Shown here: positions 29,320 to 42,353 of the stretch, one piece after another
How the letters are laid out: each line of letters begins with the position of its first letter
Numbering within the stretch: position 1 is the stretch's first letter
Assembly: GCA_023213395.1 (NCBI GenBank)
Contig: CM041465.1
Location: forward strand, 216,697,741 to 216,761,740
Origin: Cycas panzhihuaensis
Taxonomy: Eukaryota; Plantae; Cycadophyta
Direction: 5' to 3'
Length of the DNA stretch: 64,000 nt
The notes under the pieces: model-generated
Told to the model about the DNA's origin: nothing
The model's database searches: none
What the model saw: the letters and a program-made list of their open reading frames with translations, nothing else
Position numbers and translations under genes: made by a program

Positions 29320-29900
29320 TCTAGGGATTCAATTCTATTTAATAGCTGTAACTAAACACTATGACAACCCTATCCAAATACTATAATTGCAATTGATCAT
29401 TATGATGACATCTAACCATTGTGACCATTCCAATAGCAACTATATGATGTGATCACAACCTATGACTATAATTGAATATTACAACTACAACTAAACACTA
29501 CAACCACGTCTAAATATTGCGAGTGTGACCAAATACTACAATTGTAATTGAATATTATAATTGTATCTAAATATAGCAATGGATAAAGATAGCTTGCAAA
29601 TGTCCACGACTAATGATTATAGCCTATACTGAGATTATGACTTAATAACTACAATTATAACTAAACACAATAACCACACCCAACTATAGCGATCATTGGA
29701 GACACTTTGTGACCGATAGCATCAAGCAATTGTTGGCTACACTATAACTATGACCGAATACTATGATTACAACTAAATGTTATGATCTCAATTGAATACA
29801 GTGATCATTGCAAGTAGCTTGTAGATTGTCTCATCTAGTAACAACAAAAGACTTTGCAACTATGATCGAATATTACAAATGTAAGTGAATGTTGCTACTA
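29320..29900. repeat. Degenerate 19-bp minisatellite (clearest at 29465-29578)
   Basis: Six adjacent 19-mers: ACTATAATTGAATATTACA / ACTACAACTAAACACTACA / ACCACGTCTAAATATTGCG / AGTGTGACCAAATACTACA / ATTGTAATTGAATATTATA / ATTGTATCTAAATATAGCA. Confidence 0.75.
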
Positions 29901-30429
29901 AATGGCTTACTACAATTAAGTTGTTCAATACCACTGTCCACAATTGAATGGCACATATTGCAACTAGCTCATTCTATGCTTGTGATTGAATAACTTATAT
30001 TGATAACATTGCATCCTATGACCCAACAACACTATGCCTCTGAGTAAATATTACAAACTTCAATTGTTTTCTCTATTCCTTTTCCATACAATGGAATCAC
30101 ACTTCTTTCTCTAAGTCTTGGCTTAATTCATGCTCAAATCACATGAAAGTCACATAGGAATTAGACTATTCCCAACTTCAAGTACAATATCTAAATTCTC
30201 TGTTTTAATATATCTCTTACTTTGTTCTCTAGCAAATTTTTAGTTTACATAACCAAAAATTATTATCTATTTTAAATATTTCGAAAAGCAATTATATGTT
30301 TAGCAATCTTTTGCACTATTCTATTTTATATGAATTAAATAAATCTCTCGCAATTTTTTTCATGACAAAATTATTATTTATTTTGAATATTTTACAGACC
30401 AATTATATATTCGATAATCTTTCGTACTA

Positions 30430-31056
30430 TTCTTGTTTTGTATTAATTAAATAAATCCCATTTGCAACAAACCCCTCTCTATCAATGTATATGCACGTAT
30501 ATATATGATGAAAAAATTGGAGATGTGCATATAATTGTGAAAACTGTAACCAAACTTTACTTAGTAAATCCCATCAAATTCCAAGCTTCGGGACACCCGT
30601 GCCATCAGGATACAGAAACGCGTCTTCATAATCTACACGCTCCCATAGAATACACATCGTCTACAACCGCAACATCTAAACAAAATCGAACCTCTTCTTA
30701 CAAAAAAAGGATACGTTCATAGTTCCCTACGCCTAAAACAACCTTAAAATACAACGCACAGAGATGGGACTAACAGTTGACAGCTGGGCTACCTTAGGGG
30801 GTTCCGGTCTATCAATTAATTATAATTAAATGATTCTCCACTACCATGGACCATGTCGATTTATTGTATAACAGTCTCTCCAAAGCTTCCCAACCCTGAA
30901 GTCCGACCAACAGAACGTACACTGTATTGCGTGTCGTTTTGTACGAAAAAGAAATCAAAATTAACGACTGAAATTGATTAATAATAATCTGATATTTGTA
31001 TTGTAATAACGATGGCATTTCGATACGACGATTCTGCCGTCCCGCCAGATTCCATG
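30430..31056 (+). promoter_or_regulatory. ABCB upstream region with CTTC-like, P1BS and three AW-box consensus matches
   Basis: TTCTTGTT 30430-30437; GTATATGC (GNATATNC) 30487-30494; CnTnG(N7)CG at 30586-30599, 30845-30858 and on the minus strand at 31043-31056; function untested. Confidence 0.4.
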
Positions 31057-31258
31057 GACTACAGACAGCCAGATCGCAACGCCACTGTCGTAACGAAAGA
31101 ATTTCATAGCATTTCAGAATTCTCAGATCAACTTGTTTAACGAATCATATTTGCTATGAAGCCTTTGCTGGAATACACACCAACCATAACTTCCGGTACG
31201 AGAAATATCAGATTACGATAGAGAAAAAATTGCAGTCGTGAAGCTTCAATTCATCGAT

Positions 31259-32299
31259 ATGGAGGAATATGTTGTATCCGGAACGTCTCGGGGCTACAGC
31301 GATAATTATCATGAACATAGATCCACGAGGAGTGCTCGGTCTGGGTTCCTGAACCGTACGCCTGCTGGGTCAAATCCCAGGTCTCGGGATCCCACCCCCG
31401 TGGGCTCTCCTCGAATCACGCCCGAAACACCCCCCGGGAGTCGAACTAGCGATCTATCGTGGGAAACCAGCTCGACTGCCAATTGGTGCGATACTCCCAC
31501 AATCGGTTTTGCTTTAAGTCCGTGGACGGGAACCAGTTGGGACCGACAGATCATTTTCAGACGGACCGCCAGGGATTTTTACGTTTCCCAAACAGCAAGG
31601 GCCGGTTCCAGAAGAAATTCGCATAGGTCCGTCGAACGACCCGGATTTAGCTCCGCAGCCGGATCGTCGTCAGGTCCGGCGCGCGGTTCTTATTCGTCGG
31701 ACCGTCGTGGTTTGGGAGACGATCCAGGCCACTGGTATGGCATCGAGGATGCCCAAAATCCTGAACAAACGGAGTCCAACAGTTCTAATTATAGCAGATT
31801 TTCAAAATTTAACGCGGCGAAGGCCTTTGCTAGCAGAACCCGGGGATCGGATTTTGAAAAGGGAGGGGGTCTTGCTGCTAAGGATGAGCTGAGCATTACC
31901 AATTATGCTGATTCTATTTCCCCGGCACATGAAAAGCAATACGATGATTGGAATCGGTATGAACAGAAAGAAATTTCTCGTGATCATCAGAAATTTTCCG
32001 GTCATGTATCGAGAGTCAGTAATGTCGATTCCGCCTCCTTCCAGGATCCCAGTGATTATTATTCTTCGGAATTAGATGATGACCGTCAAGCAGCATTTGA
32101 AGATCCGAAGGGCGTTGGGTTATTCGATCTGTTTCTGTGTGCGAGCAGTTTTGAGATATTTCTCATGGTGTTAGGCTCTGTGGGAGCATTTGTGAACGGG
32201 GGCTCCCTGCCTTGGTATTCTCTGCTATTCGGTAGGTTTGTGAACAGCATCGGACATCATTCTAACGATAAGGACAAGATGCTACACGAGGTCCAGCAG
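31259..32299 (+). CDS. ABCB: ABC transporter subfamily B (P-glycoprotein/MDR), exon 1: long Ser/Arg-rich N-terminal extension plus start of TMD1
   Basis: Open 347 codons ending in VGLFDLF..LMVLGSVGAFVNGGSLPWYSLLFGRFVNSIG..MLHEVQQ; donor CAG|GTGAAT, phase 0. Confidence 0.92.
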
Positions 32300-32433
32300 G
32301 TGAATCTTACCGACTCTGAATACGCCTTAATATTTCTTAGATTTTTTTTTTTTTCTGCAATTGATCCCCAGCTTCATTATCATGCGAAGAAGATACAATT
32401 TTAATTCAAATGATAATAAATGGCATGTTGCAG

Positions 32434-32488
32434 ATATGTCTGTATATGGTTGGGCTTTCGGTTATGGTAACGATTGGTGCTTACTTAG
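32434..32488 (+). CDS. ABCB: ABCB exon 2 (55 bp)
   Basis: TGCAG| ICLYMVGLSVMVTIGAYL |GTAAAG; a 55-bp exon is typical at this position in plant ABCB genes. Confidence 0.92.
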
Positions 32489-32586
32489 GTAAAGAGCGTG
32501 CCTTACTGTGATGTTCATCTCTAAGTTGGGGCGATTTCAGGAGGCAAATACATGAATTTCACGGGGAATTTAATATCGCTTTGCAG

Positions 32587-32762
32587 AAGTGACCTGCTGG
32601 ACGATGGTGGGCGAAAGAACGGCTCAGAAGATCAGAACAGCGTATCTGAGGGCAGTTCTGCGACAGGATATAGCATTTTTTGACACTAGCATTAGTACTG
32701 GAGACATAATGCACAGCATTTCCATGGATGTTGCTCAAATTCAAGAAGTCATGGGAGAAAAG
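32587..32762 (+). CDS. ABCB: ABCB exon 3 (176 bp)
   Basis: TGCAG| [42 protein letters not shown] |GT; frame continuous with exon 2. Confidence 0.95.
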
Positions 32763-32880
32763 GTCGTCGGAATCGAACATCTGGTTATTTCATTTGAGTT
32801 TGGATTGTTAATCGTATGTCTATATTTCAGATATGCTTCTCAGAATTGACATTCTTTTAATGGTGTAATGAATTGTATAG

Positions 32881-33045
32881 ATGGGGCACTTCGTCCATCA
32901 TACGTGCACGTTCATTTCTGGTTACACCGTCGGCTTTATCAAGTCATGGCAAGTGTCTTTGGCTGTTCTGGCCATGACACCGTTAATGATGGTCTGCGGG
33001 ATCGTTTACCGAGCAGTGCACGTGGGTCTGGCGACAAAGGAAGAG
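32881..33045 (+). CDS. ABCB: ABCB exon 4 (165 bp)
   Basis: TATAG| [43 protein letters not shown] |GTAAG. Confidence 0.95.
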
Positions 33046-33523
33046 GTAAGAAATTATGAAGAACTAAATTAGAGTCTCCATGTATATTATGAAGGTTTTT
33101 GTTTGAAGAGATTGTCAATATTTAGTCAAGCTTAACACCTTATATATATGTTGAATGGAAGAAGCAAATAAAGATAATATCTTTCAATTTTATTTTGAGT
33201 TTAAGTGCATAGTTCAATATCTTTTTTGCTTTATACTTTTTTTCATTTCATTACTTTGCTCTATGATATCATAGCATAGGTTTGAGGCCTATTTCTTTCT
33301 ATCTTACTAAATCTAGAGTGCTAGGTGACATAATGTAGTAATAGTGCATTCACCCCATGCTTAATGATTAGATCTAAAATGGGAGATAACATAAACACTT
33401 AGGATAAGTTTCCATACCTCTAAAGTGGGAAGTAGTCATTCATTTGTAAGAGTGAAAGTTTTGGATAACTATTCAAATTGATAAATTAGTAAAATAAATA
33501 GAGCAAATTAGCAATCCAATTCT

Positions 33524-33598
33524 ATAGAGTTTGATGGTGAAGGCTTTCATCTCTGTAAGCTCAAGATGAAGATGCTTCTCCTTGATAAGGATTTGTGA
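33524..33598 (+). mobile_element. Copia gag N-terminal fragment
   Basis: IEFDGEGFHLCKLKMKMLLLDKDL* resembles the copia gag pattern FDG.NF..WK.KM...L..KDLW. Confidence 0.65.
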
Positions 33599-36466
33599 AG
33601 GTCATCACATCAAGGTAGTTCATCTCAATTTAGGCTCTTTTAATCGATATTGTGTCCCATTGGGACTTCCAATGACAAACTTTCCACTTACCCTCAATTA
33701 GGATGTCATGATTACTCATAAGGATATGAGGTGACTATTGTAAGTGCCCTATACAACACCACCCTACACAACACCACCACCTGAACTAGGTACCCTTCCT
33801 AGCACAGACAATGCCCACCAAGAAATGACAATATTCTTATATGGATGTGGGCACTAAGATAGATGTAGGGGTAGCATTAGGAGCATGAAGAGTTCTAAGA
33901 TACCCTATGTCTAAAAGCTTATCATTTGTGCAATCTTGTTTAGGATTTCAAGTCATCAAAACTATTGTAAGATCACTGGCAGCTAGATAGATGTGGTGCA
34001 GCAATGCAAGGTTGGCAAGAGGGTTAGATTGGGCCACGTTAATAGTGGCTAACATCAAGATATATTTGAGTTAGATTCGAATAGTGGACCATGGAGGATT
34101 TTTATATTGCACTCTATTATAGTGCTAGTTCTTTAATAAATTTAGGGGAGTGGGCCTAAGGGTAGGTCCTCATCCAATGGTTAATGTGGACATGTTAGTG
34201 CACAGGTGAACCATCCACTTCAAGAACCTTGAGGCCCTTAAATAGATGAGTAAGATGGTTGAATTAATGATTATAAAGTAGACATTTATGTAAGAATATG
34301 ATGGGACTATAATGTTGATGAGCTAGAGCTAACAATCAGTGGTAAGGGTGGAGATGGAGAGGGTAAGCCTGCTAATAAAGGGAAAGCTAAGAGAGGAGTG
34401 GGCCTAGTAATAGAGGAGGGTGGGGAGGAGGGTCACGGTGATGGTTATGAATGAGTTGAATGGAATGGTAGGCAAGCTGGGCTTATTAAAAAGGGAACAC
34501 CTTATAGGATTAAGGGGACATATGCTTAGTTTGAGGGTTCTTAATGGGATCATGTTAGGGCTGAGACAAACAAATGTTCCTTTGAGAGGGGCTAAAAGGA
34601 GGAGGTACATCTTCATGAGATGATTCCGCTTGGGCCTAAGTGTTACACAGGGGGTTTGAGGTCTTCATCATCTAATTCAAGATCATTGAGAATGGCTAGA
34701 TACCCATAGCTATCTACCCTATTAAAAGCAAAATGAACCATGTTTGGCCAAGTCAATAGGGGGTCATCATCAAGTTGGAGGCTTGGACCTTGAAAAAATA
34801 CCACAAGGGAAGAGTCTAGTTCTTCAGTTTCGTTATCCTCAGCATCAAAGATGTCTTAGACCACAGGTTAGGAAGATCAAAAAAGGGGGGCTCATGTGTT
34901 ACAATGCAAACTCTTCCATTGTGAACAAATTTTAACTAACCCTATAAGAAAGAGTAGACTACCCCCATGTGGTCCAACCATGGTTATCTCAAAAGGAAGT
35001 TATAATCGATATCGATATTAAGGACAATGATATCAATGAATATGGTTTTATCCTTGAGAGTAAAAGGAAAGGTGACCATTCTAAGAGGTGCCTTTTCATT
35101 TCTATCATATCTTTGACACTTCCATGGGACTGTCTGAAGGGCCCTAATAGAGTTCTTTAAACATTTAAGTAAGCATGATATTCATTAATGACCTATTATC
35201 AACAATAATTTTTTTAAAGTGTGAAATCTAAGGTCTCAATAGTGATGGCAAAGGGGTAGTGCCAAAAGTATGCACGCTCTTTAGTGGATGGCAGGTCATC
35301 AGGGTTTAAAGAGATGACAAGTTGGTTAGGGAAAGTGGTGGTGATGACATGGTAAGGTACTTCCTTATGCCTTAGGACCTTCATGAGTAGGTTTCACTAG
35401 TTAGGGTAGCTTCGCAAGAGGTCCATTATAAATATACTAACAAAAACAACATGAAATTCTTCCATAATAGAAAAAGATTTCCCCTCACTAATAGGTTGGG
35501 GAAGGGTCATTCTAAAGTCATATCGACTAGGGTGGATAGGAATTACCTTGGGTAAGATAATCATATTCGTGGGAAAGGGGCTCAACAGGTGGTTATTAGG
35601 AAGTAGAGGGTTCTCCAACTTACCTAGTTAATTCGGCTTGGGTTACAAGGAACACTTGGGTGATGTCAACTCTTTGGATGACACTTTCACTTTTAGCATT
35701 ATAGTATTAGGTTGCCTAGGCTGGGTCTTAGGGTTTAGAGGAAGGAGAGCATATTGGCTTGAGTTAGGATTTATTCTTAGGTTGATTTAGAGTGGGACTA
35801 GATGGAGGTCTCCTTTGAGGTTAGGGTTACCCCCTTTCTTGTTTGATTCTATGGTTGGGTTTGGGGGCATCATGGTTAGGGAAGGGGTCCTAATGGATTG
35901 GCTATTCAAGATTAGGCTTAGATGTGAGTCATGGAGGGGAATATCAAGGCAGTGCTTACTCAAGATGTTAGGTCTAATAATGGGTATCGTCATGGAAACA
36001 ACTCTAATGGACTATACACCATCTCTTCTCAAGGGGAGATTGGCCCTTTTTATCTTACGAAGGGCCAGGACTAGCCCCTTTAGGCTGGGAAACTATATAG
36101 GTGGCTTGATGAACTAATCTATACCCATACAAGGAGAAAGGCAGCTTAAGTTAGCTAAGGGTTGGTTGGAGTTTAAGATCTTTAATCACTCATTCAAATA
36201 AGCAATCTATGGAGTTTAGAGAGTTTATTGTCTTATCAGTGTTACTAACAAGAGGACTTAGAGCCTATGGTTGAGGCATTTGGCCTCATGAAGGAGGTAA
36301 TGTCTCATGATGTAGGAGAGGTCTATTGACTTTTATGAGGCCTGCTTAAATCTCGATGGACTCTATGGTAAAGCATTTGGATATAGTTGAGCTATACATG
36401 GTAGCATCTATCTTAAGCACTTTGGCATAAGTTTTAAGGTGAAGGGCATTAGATAAATGGAATAGG

Positions 36467-37316
36467 TGTTGACTTTGGGTTGTTCCCACTACACTTGTGG
36501 GAACAGTGCACTTGTCAAGGTTACACAGCGCTATAGTCTAGTTCAGGATATTGTCAACATGTCATACATTCCGCATATAATTCATATATATTTCACAGAA
36601 TAGTACATAGCAGTACAGAAATCAATACATACTCAGCAAATCATCATCACAACACCAAGAATACATCATTTTCCACGTAACTCTTCCTTTTATTAAGTCA
36701 ACAGTTCAATTACGTAGGTGGAATGCATTCACGAGCATTCCGGACATCTGATCTTCTGTTACATATGCGTACCCGGATGGTACTTATCATACGATGATGC
36801 TCCAAATGGGTCATCATATGTCTTGGCTCCTGCACCTTGCACGTGCGTGATAATCCGCTCTCACCCTCAAGAGTATGTCATAGAATTGAATCACTCAGCT
36901 CTCACACTAGAATGGTCCTCAAAGAACCATTAAATATGTCCCTTTGATGCCTTTTGGATGAAAGGTTATGACCCAAAGTCATAACCATACCTTTTTGTTA
37001 CCAAGGTACCCTTTAACTTTAATCATTAGTTATGCACTTTAACTAATGTCTTCATTAGGTCCGTACGTCCGTACGTATGTCCGCGACTTCCTGTGCTTCC
37101 ACTAGTCCCGCATCGCCGTGCATACCGCCTGCTCGCCACTGCACGTATCGTAGTGCGCACTGCCCCGTATGCACCGCCATAATGCATTCTAGAATGCTAG
37201 TTTTTCCATTGTTTCACCTCGTGCGTACCTCTGTATGGTCCGTATTTCCATTCCTTTGGTCAATACAAGCCTGTATTTTGTCTTCCTCAAGGCCTATGTC
37301 ACAATATCTCCCAACA
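36467..37316 (-). repeat. 3' LTR (850 bp)
   Basis: Direct repeat of 41494-42353. Confidence 0.95.
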
Positions 37317-40300
37317 TCTATCTTGGGTCAACATGATTGGGTTGAGCATCCTTACTCAATAAAAAATTCAAAATTTGGGGTATTCCTCCCCCTCTCTATT
37401 TTAAGGCTTCTCCTGTTGCCTCTGTTCCACTGCTTGGTCGCCATTCTTGGTTAATAAATCCTCATCTATTGGCACTTTGTTTTGTTCAACTTCCCCTCGA
37501 TTTTCTGTATGATGATATATCTTTCCTCCATGCTTCACCATATTGCTTATTTGTATGATATGAGTTACGGTTGTTTTCTTGTTTTTTAATTTTTTTGTAT
37601 TTTATATTACATACCAAACTGAATCACGTTCCGGTATCAAGGCAATTCGATTTTGCCTTAACTTCATACAACACGCTATGGTACAACCAACTGATTTGGC
37701 TAGTAAGTTGCTCCACCCTAGTTGATATAGGGTTTCAGTTTACTACCCTTGACCATTTCAGGTAGTAGCTGGCCTGATTGTTTCTTCAACTGGATAGTGC
37801 CATTCTGGTACACTTTCTCAATCTTATATGGGCCTTTCCAATGCATCTTCAATTCTCCTTGGGTTGTTTGGGATTTGTTGTTGAATCACCATACTCGATC
37901 ACCCTTCTCAAAATATGATGTCTTGTCATGGTAGTCGTGCCTTGTCTTTTTTTGCCTTTTCCTTAGTGTAGTATGCTTTGTCGATTTCTTCTTATGATCC
38001 CTTAATTGATCTTCTCCTAACCAATGTTCTCTATAATGTCTCAAATGGGAATTTCCACATAGTGGTTCTTTATAAAAGGGCTTCACATAATCTCCAATGT
38101 ATTCTCCATGATTTCTATCTTTTGGAGTGGTAATTTTGTTTCCTAGACCAAAATCTCTAGGGATACTCTCAACAAGTTCCTTTTCTTCTTTCTCAAATTT
38201 GGCGCCGATAGTTGAAAAAGATCTTCCGCTGGGTAGGTGTACCTCTAAAGAAGATGAGGAAGGTTTGTTACTTCCTTCCTCGGGCTGGGACGGGGGTGGG
38301 GAAGGGCAATATACCTCAAGACCCACACTGGAGGTAGAGGGAAGGTTAGGGTTAGAGGGGGTTGGGGTATTAGGAGGTGAATTAGGGTAAGGGTTTGGGT
38401 TAAAAGGGGGATTTGGGTTTGGGTCTAGGTTTTTAATATTATTATTAACACTCGTATAATCAACAAATTTAGATTTGATATCAACTTTCTCAGTTATATT
38501 CTGAGAAAGTAGGTTACACCTATAGGATGAGGGGTTGACTTTATATGCGTCCCGTAGCCAATAATCCACAAATCTCATCCCGTTTTCATCGTCTGAAGAA
38601 TTGTAGATTTCTCCAAAATAGGTCAGTTCTTCTTTCTGATTATTATTTGACGTGGTGGGCTCTTCTGCCGTATGGTAGATATGTTCTTCCCCAATGGAAG
38701 AGAATGTTGTGTCGCTGTTCTTTGTCTTTGGATCCTTCATCTGGAATCATTTCAATCGAGCTTCTTCCCAACATTGGCAATACCACTTTGTTGCCGCTAT
38801 CTGATAGAGTGAAGGTTACATTCTTCCAATTCTGAAGGCATTACATTTTATACAGTCATGGCCTTCCCAATAGTGCTAGATAAGGTGTTGCTCCTTTCTC
38901 CGTTTCCACAATCGTGAAGTCGATTTGCACCACTATCCCTGCCACGTCTACTTTGATATTAGCTAGTCTTCCCATGGGTCATACCAATAGTTCATTAGCC
39001 AATTTTAGTGAATAGGTCACAGCTTCCAGCTTCGGGCTTCCCAATCTACGCCATGTTGCAGCTAGTAATACGTTCACTACTTTACCTCCATCAATAATTA
39101 CCCGTGGGAATGTTTCCCCCAAGACTGTCATGGTTACCATCGGATCCATATCAAATGATGGTATGATTTGCTTCAAACTCTTAGTGATTCCCCTCTGCAA
39201 CACTCCTCCTTTGATCCAATCAATAACTTGGGACAGAGGAATAGTCAACTGTAACTGTTTCACCAGATTTTCCATCAATGGCAACATTCTAGGGATATCC
39301 TCTGCTGGCAATCCTTTGAAAAGCTCTTCCATTTGCACCATTTGGGGCTTTGTCTTAAGTTCTTCTGGTAGTTTTTCTTGTTCCTTTTGTTTATTCTTCC
39401 GTACATAGATGTATTTCATTTCCGGTTTACCCATTGGTAATGTATTCTCCTCCTGGACTAGGCCATCTAACACTTGTTTCGCTTTTCTATACTGATCCAT
39501 TTCTGTCGGTGGATCTAGATATCCTTCATCCAATTTCTCTTTCTGTTTGTTTTGTAATTTGACATTCTTGGTTTCTGGTACGATTGTCATCAGGTTAGTC
39601 GCTTTGGCTTTCCCTTTGTAATCTTCTATTTTGTGGTCACTTGGGCCACAGTTACTGCATATGAATGGCTTATGTTCGTATTCCTACTTTATTGGGCATT
39701 CTGACTTCCAGTGCCCAAACTAAAGATAGATGAGGCATCTCCCCATTGGCGGTTTCTTCCTCAAGGGTTCTGGTGTGCCCCTCATTGTATACACATTCTG
39801 AGGTGGGTTGCCTCCCCTTCCCCGACCTCATCCTCTGAATGCTTTTCCCCTGGGATTGTAAAAATAATCCTTAGTTTAGTTGTATGTGTATCAACGTCAC
39901 ATATATGGCACCACTTCTCTTGTTGGTGTAATGCACTATTTTTTAAATTTAAATCACATTCCCTAGTGGTATATGAGTTTTCTTCGCAAATATGGCACCA
40001 CTTGGTTACTCTTCCAGTGTGCTCTTTCTTTTTGGGTGTTTCCTCTTCTTCACGGTTATTTCTAATTTTTAATCTAGCCACCTCTTTTCTTAATGCCTCC
40101 AAATCTAATTCCTCTTCTTCTACCTCTACCTGGCAGAAGGGTCAGTTGTATTGGTTTTGCTTCAACTCTCTAATCTCGTCCTGTAATCTCAGCAGCAATG
40201 AGTCTTGTCCTCCCGCTTGTGCATCCATTTCCATTTCAAAATCTAATGCTAGATCTTGAGCATTCTTGAATGATTTTAGTGGATGAGCATACATCATGGC

Positions 40301-41479
40301 TCACAACTTCTCATTCAGCCCTCTTACAAAGTAATTCTTCATATTATGATCTGTTATCATCCAATTGATCATGCTCGCTGCAATAATTTTCATTCGGCTA
40401 ATGTAAGTTAGGACGGATTCTCCTGGCCTCTGTCTGATCTCTCGTAGTGCGATTTCCACTGCTTCATTACTGCGAAATTTTTGAAATCTCTCTTCGAATG
40501 CTTTCTTAAGTTTCACCCATGGCTCATTCTTATTTGTTTCCTTATACCACACCAAGGGTACTCCTCTTAACGTCTGGTGAATCGTGCTTTGATTTCATCT
40601 TAAATGCATAATCGTTTTACATCAATAAGGCTCAAATAGATATACATGCTCAGATAAATCAAGTATCATTAAAGATTAGTTTCCCAAAGTCTCTATAGTC
40701 GTCCATTTTGGGAGATTGTAATTGTCCCCCACCTGATGGTGATTTTTCCTTTCCTCCCTCCTTTGGGGATGCACTGGGAGTGCCCTCTGCATCTTATCTT
40801 TTTCAAACAGCGGATTCTTGAATGGAGTTTTTATATGTATGGGTTCCACTACACCTGGAACTTGTATAGTCAATGGTATTGCCATAATATAAGATTGATC
40901 AAAACCCCTTTTTATCGAATCTTCGAAAAGTTGTCTCATTAGCTTATTCTCCCAATATACCAAGGGACCTTCCACCGCCTTCTTATCGCTGTCACCTAGG
41001 TCCTCTGGGCTGTCCTCCACTAGTATACTTCCCTCTGTTAAGATCTCTTGATGTTTTTCATCCACTTTTGGCTTCCCTTCAATCTCCAAACTAAATAAAT
41101 CATCTCTGATTGGGGTTGGTGTCAATACCATGCGTTCGCCATGAGTTTCCTCCTCTTGAGGTGTCTGGGCTCCACTTGCCTCAGATCCTTCAACGGACTA
41201 TCCCTTAGTCTCGTTATTTTACAAACTTAACCTCCTCGCCCTTCTGAGTTTTGATTCTTTTGACCATCTTAATGCCCTTTGTCTGCTGGTTTCCTTTTCC
41301 TTGGGTGAAGTATCTTTCTGGGGCTCTTCTGACCTTGAAGGTCTCTTAGGTGGCATTGGAAGGTCCCACAGGCCGTGGCTTAGTTCTGACCCGCCATCAT
41401 GACGGCAACCAGGGTCCCCTGCCCTTTGCACATTCTTTGCTTTGAAACTCCTAGGCCCTGTCCCTCCTCAGTGGATATA

Positions 41480-41492
41480 GGCAACGGAACCA
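41480..41492 (-). other. PBS complementary to tRNA-Glu
   Basis: GGCAACGGAACCA matches the plant tRNA-Glu 3' end as recalled; 1 nt from the LTR. Confidence 0.75.
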
Positions 41493-41493
41493 A

Positions 41494-42353
41494 TGTTGAC
41501 TTTGGGTTGTTCCCACTACACTTGTGAGAATAGTGCACTTGTCAAGGTTACACAGTGCTATAGTCTAGTTCAGGATACTGTCAACATGGTTATTCACATA
41601 CATTCCATATATATTTCATAAAATGGTACACAACAGTACAGAAATCAATACATACTTAGCAAATCATCATCACAACACCAAGAATACATCATTTTCCACG
41701 TAACTCTTCCTTTTATTAAGTCAACAGTTCAATTACACAGAGATTGGAATGCATTCCTAAGCATTCTAGTAGCATACAGTCTTTCTGTTATATATGCATA
41801 CCCAGATGGTACTTATCATACAGTGATGCTCCAAATGGCTATCATACGTACTGGCTCCTGCACCTTTGCGTACCTGTGATAATCGGCTCTCACCCTCAAG
41901 AGTATGTCATAGAATTGAATCACTCATCTCTCACACTGGAATGGTCCTCAAAACACCATTAAATATGTCCCTTTGATGCCTTTTGGATGAAAGGTTATGA
42001 CCCAAAGTCATAACCATACCTTTTTATTACCAAGGTACCCTTTCACTTTAATCATTAGTTATGCACTTTAACTAATGTCTTCATTAGGTATGTACATCTG
42101 TACGTATGTCTGCCAGCTTCCCAGGCTTCCACTAGTCCCGTATTGTTGTGCGTACTGCTTGGATTACGCTCTTTGATGCGTATCGTAGTACGTGCCCGTT
42201 CCAGGTATGCACCTGTCATACGTACCCAAAATGCTAGTTTTTCCACTGTTTCACCTCGTGCGTACCTCTGTATGGTCTGTATTTCCATTTCTTTGGTCAA
42301 TACAAGCCTGTATTCCATCTTCCTCAAGGCCTATGTCACAATATCTCCCAACA
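41494..42353 (-). repeat. 5' LTR (860 bp)
   Basis: Direct repeat of 36467-37316. Confidence 0.95.

Larger units (their letters stand above)
36467..42353 (-). mobile_element. Non-chromovirus Ty3/gypsy deletion derivative (gag, protease, integrase tail only), TSD ATAGG
   Basis: LTR pair TGTTG...CAACA; ATAGG at 36462-36466 and 42354-42358; gag IRQRPGESV..YFVRGL, WCHIC knuckles, protease VIIDGG, integrase tail FEKGDRVW..WKGPYKI; no RT or RH. Confidence 0.95.

Noticed and set aside
31238-32404. ORF-track start (GTG 31238) and end (32404) for the ABCB exon
   Set aside because: First ATG is at 31259 and the frame reads through the splice donor at 32300
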